DNA of 64,000 nucleotides from an uncultured Alphaproteobacteria bacterium (GTDB lineage Bacteria > Pseudomonadota > Alphaproteobacteria > Rhizobiales > Xanthobacteraceae): assembly GCA_963777375.1 (NCBI GenBank), contig CAVZQH010000004.1, positions 65,785-129,784 on the forward strand, in the 5' to 3' direction. The notes under the pieces were generated by a model that saw nothing but the letters and a program-made list of their open reading frames with translations, did no database searches and was not told the origin of the DNA. Below, in pieces: positions 59,236 to 64,000 of the stretch. How positions within the stretch are numbered: position 1 is the first letter of the stretch; every line of letters starts with the position of its first letter. A program made the translations under genes and the position numbers.

Positions 59236-60879
59236 ATGGCGTCAGCGCGTCCATGTAATGTTCTCATGGTCTATCCCCGATTTGGGGCGGACACATTCTG
59301 GAACTTCGCGGCGGCGTGTGAGCTATTCAACGCGCGTTACCCTACGACGCCTCTCGGCCTCATCACCGTAGCGGCCCTGCTGCCGACTGCGTGGACCGTC
59401 CGGCTGGTCGACCGAAACGTCGAGGCGTTGGCCGACGACGATCTTGAATGGGCCGACTTGGTCATGACCGGCGGCATGCTGCCGCAATATTTCGACACGA
59501 TCGAAATTATTGACCTGTGCCGTGCCCGGGGAAAACCGGTTGTCGTCGGCGGCCCGGCTGTGACCTCGGTACCCCATCTTTACAGCAAGGCCAATTTTCA
59601 GGTGCTCGGTGAAGCCGAGGGCATCATCGACAAGTTCCTTGCCGCGTGGGAGGCAGGCGCGAGGGAGGGCGTCTTCGAGGCCGAGAAATTCTCGATTGAT
59701 GTAACGAAGAGCCCAGTTCCCCGGTTCGACCTGTTGAAGGTCGAGAAATATCTGTACCTCGGGGTACAATTCTCGCGCGGCTGTCCATTCACCTGCGAGT
59801 TCTGCGACATTATCGAACTCTACGGGCGGGTCCCTCGCGCCAAGACCAACGCCCAAATGCTGCATGAACTGGACGTGCTTTATCGTCTCGGTTACCGCGG
59901 TCATGTCGACTTCGTCGACGACAATCTCATCGGCAACAAGAAGGCGGTCAAGGCATTCCTGCCTGAACTCAAGACATGGCTCGAACAACATGACTATCCG
60001 TTCGAGTTCACGACCGAGGCGTCGCTTAATCTGGCCGACGATGCGGATCTCCTGAGGCTGTTGAATCAGGCCAACTTCATCGGCGTATTCGTGGGAATCG
60101 AGAGTCCCGACACCAGCACGCTGGTCGCGATGCGCAAAAAGCAGAATACGCGGCGGAACATCGCCCAGAGCGTCCATAAGATTTATGCGGCCGGGCTCTA
60201 TGTCACCGCGGGTTTCATCGTCGGTTTCGACAGCGAGCAGGGGTCGGTCGCGGATGCCATCATCGCGCTCATCGAGGAGGCCGCAATTCCGGTCTGCATG
60301 GTCGGTCTGCTTTATGCGCTGCCGAACACCCAGCTGACGCGCCGGCTTGCGACCGAAGGCCGCTTGCACGCGGAGCTATTATTCGACCCCGCTGCCGGGA
60401 TGGATCAATGCACGCAAGGTTTGAATTTCGACACATTGCGGCCGCGAAGTGAAATCCTGTCCGACTACAAGCGCGTCCTGGAGAAAGTCTACGATCCTGT
60501 CGCCTACGCCGGGCGTCTCCAGCGGTTGTCGCGTCTGCTCGGCAGCTCCAACCCAAATCGTCAAGTGCGTGCTAACAATTCCAGAAGCAGACTTGGCGGC
60601 CTGGAGGTTGTCCATCGGATTGTGTCGAAGCTGCCGGGCGCACAAGACGTCTTCAGGCAAACGATCATTCAATGCGCGTCGACAAATCCGCAATGGGCTC
60701 GGATCATCGTGCTGCTGACGGCCCTCTATCTCCATCTCGGCCCATTCTCACGGCACGTTATCCGCCAAATCGACCAGCAGCTCGATGAGCCGCAGGATGT
60801 CGCATCACATCCAAGCGCCCCGGAAGAACGGTCCGACATAGGCGATTACGGCGTGAGGCAAGCTCACTTGCCGGTCTGA
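59236..60879 (+). CDS. B12-binding radical SAM protein with DUF4070-type C-terminal domain (class B rSAM methyltransferase-like; HpnP/HpnR-like is one possibility)
   Basis: Intact 547 aa. N-terminal cobalamin-binding-like VLMVYPRF..TFWNF...PLGLITVAALLP. Radical SAM CxxxCxxC = CPFTCEFC. Long helical C-terminus. GC is visibly lower than the flanks. Confidence 0.8.
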   Translation: MASARPCNVLMVYPRFGADTFWNFAAACELFNARYPTTPLGLITVAALLPTAWTVRLVDRNVEALADDDLEWADLVMTGGMLPQYFDTIEIIDLCRARGKPVVVGGPAVTSVPHLYSKANFQVLGEAEGIIDKFLAAWEAGAREGVFEAEKFSIDVTKSPVPRFDLLKVEKYLYLGVQFSRGCPFTCEFCDIIELYGRVPRAKTNAQMLHELDVLYRLGYRGHVDFVDDNLIGNKKAVKAFLPELKTWLEQHDYPFEFTTEASLNLADDADLLRLLNQANFIGVFVGIESPDTSTLVAMRKKQNTRRNIAQSVHKIYAAGLYVTAGFIVGFDSEQGSVADAIIALIEEAAIPVCMVGLLYALPNTQLTRRLATEGRLHAELLFDPAAGMDQCTQGLNFDTLRPRSEILSDYKRVLEKVYDPVAYAGRLQRLSRLLGSSNPNRQVRANNSRSRLGGLEVVHRIVSKLPGAQDVFRQTIIQCASTNPQWARIIVLLTALYLHLGPFSRHVIRQIDQQLDEPQDVASHPSAPEERSDIGDYGVRQAHLPV

Positions 60880-61063
60880 CATTCCAGTCCGGCGGGGCAT
60901 CCCCCGAATGGCCGGAATTTGCCCAAAGATATTGACGGTATCGGGGGTGAACCGGCCGTGGCCGTGCGCGAAAAAAGCCAGGGGCCGTTGCTTCCGAAAT
61001 ATTCCTTCCCGTAAGGAACTATCGCGTAAGTTGTGCGTTGTTCATGAGCATACGGGAGGTTAC

Positions 61064-61303
61064 ATGAAGAAGGTCACCCTTATTATTGCTGCACTGGTTT
61101 TGACTGCCGGTCCCGCATTCGCCCAGTCCCAACAGGATCAGGCAGCCTGCACTCCTGATGTGATGCGGTTGTGCCAGCAAGATATTCCCGACCAAAGCCG
61201 CATCATCGCCTGCCTGGTTCGAAGCAGACTGCAGCTCAGCCCCGCGTGTTCGGGCGTGTTCAATCGCGCGCACACGGCAAGCGTTCCGAAAACGAAGCTC
61301 TGA
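61064..61303 (+). CDS. Small secreted cysteine-rich-repeat protein (79 aa, 4 Cys)
   Basis: ATG 61064 with a GGGAGG RBS. Signal peptide MKKVTLIIAALVLTAGPAFA. Mature part C-x3-D-x3-LC...IIACL...LSPAC, a bacterial cysteine-rich repeat pattern. Confidence 0.7.
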   Translation: MKKVTLIIAALVLTAGPAFAQSQQDQAACTPDVMRLCQQDIPDQSRIIACLVRSRLQLSPACSGVFNRAHTASVPKTKL

Positions 61304-61387
61304 CCCTTTTTGACCGCCATCGCACCTAGCCAATTATATTCGGGCTTGCCGAGCGCTATAAGTGGCCCAAGCCCCCCGATAATGTAC

Positions 61388-61921
61388 TCACGTCCGTTCC
61401 GTGTAGGCCCCCAGCGCCCCGCGCAAAATTTCGCGCGAGGGTTCTGAGCCATCGACGAGGCGGAGCGTGCGCCGCTTGATCTTCCAGCCCGCCGCAGTCC
61501 GCACCAGTTCCCAGCGGTTGGTCACGACCCGATGGATGTGGTAGCCGCGCGAGGCGCCATGATTGGGCATCTCGACCGGTTCTCCGGTCTTGTTTGGCGT
61601 GAGGATTTGCAGATACGAGGTAACCACCGCCCGGTCGCCGTCGAGCGCGATATGCGGAAGCCCGGTAAAGTGCGCGAGTCCGCCGGCGATGGCGGCCTGG
61701 TGGTCGTCGCTCTTGAGGCTCGCCGCGATCGCCTTGTTGCCGGTGGCGCTGGCGAGGTTGGGTCCGCGGTCGAACACGCCGTCCTCGGTATAGACGGCTT
61801 CGGCATAAGTATCGGCCCCGGTATCGGCGCTCGGCGGATGGCTGGCGATGAGATTGTAGATCTCAAGCCGATCCTCGATGGCGCGGACGCGCCGCTCCAG
61901 CGTCCCATTGTCTTGGATCAT
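61388..61921 (-). CDS. SnoaL-like/NTF2-fold protein
   Basis: Intact 177 aa. RVRAIEDRLEIYNLIASHPPSADTG...WELVRTAAGWKIKRR. Confidence 0.6.
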   Translation of the reverse strand: MIQDNGTLERRVRAIEDRLEIYNLIASHPPSADTGADTYAEAVYTEDGVFDRGPNLASATGNKAIAASLKSDDHQAAIAGGLAHFTGLPHIALDGDRAVVTSYLQILTPNKTGEPVEMPNHGASRGYHIHRVVTNRWELVRTAAGWKIKRRTLRLVDGSEPSREILRGALGAYTERT

Positions 61922-62103
61922 GGTAGTTCCCCAAATTGTGATTCACGGTGCGTTCCGACCTCCATTATCATCGTAGACGCGGGTACGGCCTTTTTGCCGC
62001 GGAAACCGTCACTGCCAGTTCCGCATTCGACCTGTAAGGCGAATTTTCAAGCTGCGGGCGCATCGGAAATCTGGCATTCTTGCGGCGGCAAATGGGGGAT
62101 TTT

Positions 62104-64000
62104 ATGCGGTCTCGCGGCGAATTTGATCGCCGTAGATTTCTCGTCGGCGCCAGCGCCGCGGGCGGCGGCTTGGCGCTTGGCATTGCCGTTCCGTTCGGCT
62201 CAGCGTCGGCGCGCGTCGCTGACGGCACGTCCGAGGTCAATTGCTGGGTGGTGATCGCGCCGGACAATACGGTGACGATCCGCATCGCCCGATCCGAAAT
62301 GGGGCAGGGCGCCTTGACCGGCCTCGCCATGCTGGTCGCCGAGGAATTGGAATGCGACTGGGCGACGGTCCGTACCGAATTCGTGTCCCCGGTGGAGAAT
62401 ATGGAACGGGGGCGGGCCTGGGGCGACTTGGCGACCGGCGCCAGCCGATCCCTCGCGTCTTCGCAGCATTATCTGCGGCAAGCCGGCGCAGCCGCGCGGG
62501 AAATGCTGATCGCCGCCGCCGCGGCGCGATGGAACGTGCCGCCTTCGCAATGTTCCGCGCACAACAGCACGATTGCGCATCCTGCTAGCGGCCGGACTGC
62601 AACCTTCGGCGCCGTCGCCGAAGACGCCGCAAAACTGAAAGCTCCCGCAAACGTCAAACTCAAAAAGGCGGGTGAATGGAGGTTCGCCGGCACTCCACAG
62701 CGGCGTCTCGATGTGCCCGACAAGGTCACGGGGCGGACGACCTATGCGATCGACGTGCGGCTGCCGGACATGCTGTATGCCGCCATCGTGCAATGTCCCG
62801 TTTTCCAAGGCGAACTGAAATCAATCGACGAGAACTCGATCGCGGGAATGAAGGGCGTGCGCCGCATCGTGCGCATGCCGGATGCGGTCGCGGTGGTGGC
62901 CGATTCATGGTGGCGGGCCAAGTGCGCGGCCGAGGCGCTGCGGGTGACCTGGGACGATCACGGCAATGGCCAGCTTGCGACCGCGACGATTGCCGAATTC
63001 GTGCGTGCGGGCCTCGACGCAGCCGAGGCTCAGGTCGGCCGTGCCGATGGCGACGTCGCGGCCGGGCTCGCCGCCGCGGCGAAGCGTATTACGGCGGACT
63101 ACGCAGTACCATTTCTCGCGCACGCCACCATGGAGCCGCAGACCTGCACCGCGCATGTCAAGCCCGACCGAGTTGAAATCTGGGTGCCGACCCAGGATCC
63201 CTCGACCGCCCTCGCAACCGCCGCTATCGCTGCCGACGTATCGGATGACAGGGTGGTGGTCCACAGGATGATGCTTGGTGGCGGTTTCGGCCGGCGCGGA
63301 ACCATCCAGGAATTCGTTCGGCAGGCCGTGGTCATTGCCAAAGAGGTTGAGCAGCCCGTCAAGCTGGTCTGGACCCGTGAGGAGGACATCAAACACGACC
63401 TGTATCGGCCGTTCGGGATGGCGCGGCACGTCGCCGGCCTCGATGCGGATGGCATGCCCATCGCATGGTCGATCAGGCTCTCGGGACCGTCGTTCGTGGC
63501 TTCGCTCCTGCCCGGCTTTGGCGCGAGCTTCATCGACCGAAGCTTTTTGAGTGGCCTCGACACCGAGATGCCCTACGATGTGCCGAACTATTTGGCTGAT
63601 TATGTCGTGCGTGCGACGTCCGTGCCGCTCGGCGTCTGGCGGGCGATCAACTATACGCAGAACGCATATTACAAGGAGTGCTTCATCGACGAGATGGCGC
63701 ACGCGGCGGGAGCGGATCCCTATCACTACCGGCGGCGGCTGTTGCGCAACAGCCCGAAGAACCTTGCCGTGCTCGACGCCGTGGCGCGAAAGGCCGACTG
63801 GGGCGCACCGCTGCCGCCAGGGGTATTCCGCGGCATCGCGCTCAACGAGGCCTGCGGCAGCTTTTGCGCGCAGGTGGTCGAGGCATCTGTCGATGACGGC
63901 CGCGTCTGCGTCCATCGCGTTGTCTCAGCGATTGACTGCGGCCATGTGGTCAATCCCCTCTCGATCGAAATGCAAACCCAGGGCGCCATCATTTATGCGC
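62104..64000 (+). CDS. Molybdenum hydroxylase beta subunit, IorB/membrane-bound aldehyde dehydrogenase-like, Tat signal. 3' end outside the window
   Basis: Not in the supplied ORF track (no stop in the window). I translated it by hand from ATG 62104 and it stays open to 64000. MRSRGEFDRRRFLVGASAAGGGLALGIA (twin-Arg), MGQGALTGLAMLVAEELE, MLGGGFGRRG. Confidence 0.85.
   Translation, partial: MRSRGEFDRRRFLVGASAAGGGLALGIAVPFGSASARVADGTSEVNCWVVIAPDNTVTIRIARSEMGQGALTGLAMLVAEELECDWATVRTEFVSPVENMERGRAWGDLATGASRSLASSQHYLRQAGAAAREMLIAAAAARWNVPPSQCSAHNSTIAHPASGRTATFGAVAEDAAKLKAPANVKLKKAGEWRFAGTPQRRLDVPDKVTGRTTYAIDVRLPDMLYAAIVQCPVFQGELKSIDENSIAGMKGVRRIVRMPDAVAVVADSWWRAKCAAEALRVTWDDHGNGQLATATIAEFVRAGLDAAEAQVGRADGDVAAGLAAAAKRITADYAVPFLAHATMEPQTCTAHVKPDRVEIWVPTQDPSTALATAAIAADVSDDRVVVHRMMLGGGFGRRGTIQEFVRQAVVIAKEVEQPVKLVWTREEDIKHDLYRPFGMARHVAGLDADGMPIAWSIRLSGPSFVASLLPGFGASFIDRSFLSGLDTEMPYDVPNYLADYVVRATSVPLGVWRAINYTQNAYYKECFIDEMAHAAGADPYHYRRRLLRNSPKNLAVLDAVARKADWGAPLPPGVFRGIALNEACGSFCAQVVEASVDDGRVCVHRVVSAIDCGHVVNPLSIEMQTQGAIIYA

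Noticed and set aside
59236-61303. RiPP-like pair (radical SAM enzyme + small Cys-containing peptide)
   Set aside because: The small protein has a normal Sec signal peptide and the bacterial cysteine-rich-repeat pattern (disulfide-bonded periplasmic domain). It lies 184 nt away with its own strong RBS and has no leader/core architecture.

Overview
High-GC (about 65% by eye) chromosomal window. Gene content and the REP-type palindromes (CGTCAT...ATGACG units) suggest an alphaproteobacterium of the Bradyrhizobium/Rhodopseudomonas/Afipia group, but that is a guess from pattern recognition, not a search. I can support about 60 protein-coding genes or gene remnants. I found no rRNA, tRNA, CRISPR array or intact IS element.

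Layout:
- 1-5.8 kb: housekeeping block with a CDO-like cupin, a 4x-rhodanese protein, an alpha/beta hydrolase, obgE, a GNAT and rpmA-rplU.
- 6-12 kb: accessory oxidative cluster with two TctC/Bug binding proteins, an FAD monooxygenase, two VOC proteins and a split TPP decarboxylase.
- 12.2-13.2 kb: low-GC islet of decayed genes, including an Rx4H (HEPN-type) fragment.
- 13.2-18 kb: three-subunit molybdenum hydroxylase operon plus a CE4 deacetylase.
- 18-21.5 kb: ABC exporter and an aldo/keto reductase.
- 21.5-23.8 kb: maeB.
- 24-33.6 kb: GMC oxidoreductase, M19 dipeptidase, HAD, DUF938, a GAF kinase/receiver pair, HpaB and DUF1275.
- 33.9-36.75 kb: second low-GC islet ending in a tyrosine-integrase remnant. 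It carries an uncharacterised membrane-protein + SEC-C-motif-protein pair.
- 36.7-39.8 kb: orphan form-II-like CoxL and a ParE/RHH toxin-antitoxin pair.
- 41-43 kb: zone of gene remnants.
- 44-58.7 kb: regulator-less oxidative/catabolic island with a Rieske oxygenase, MFS, DUF6282, a bis-MGD molybdoenzyme, a CnbZ-like protein, RidA, SnoaL, LLM and three more TctC.
- 59-61 kb: B12/radical-SAM DUF4070 enzyme.
- Right edge: Tat-signal IorB-like molybdenum subunit that runs off the window.

As read, the sequence has two sharply bounded indel-dense blocks (about 0.2-6.2 kb and maeB). They break essential genes and most likely reflect sequence quality rather than biology.

All product calls come from hand inspection of the supplied translations. 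Nothing was searched against a database.
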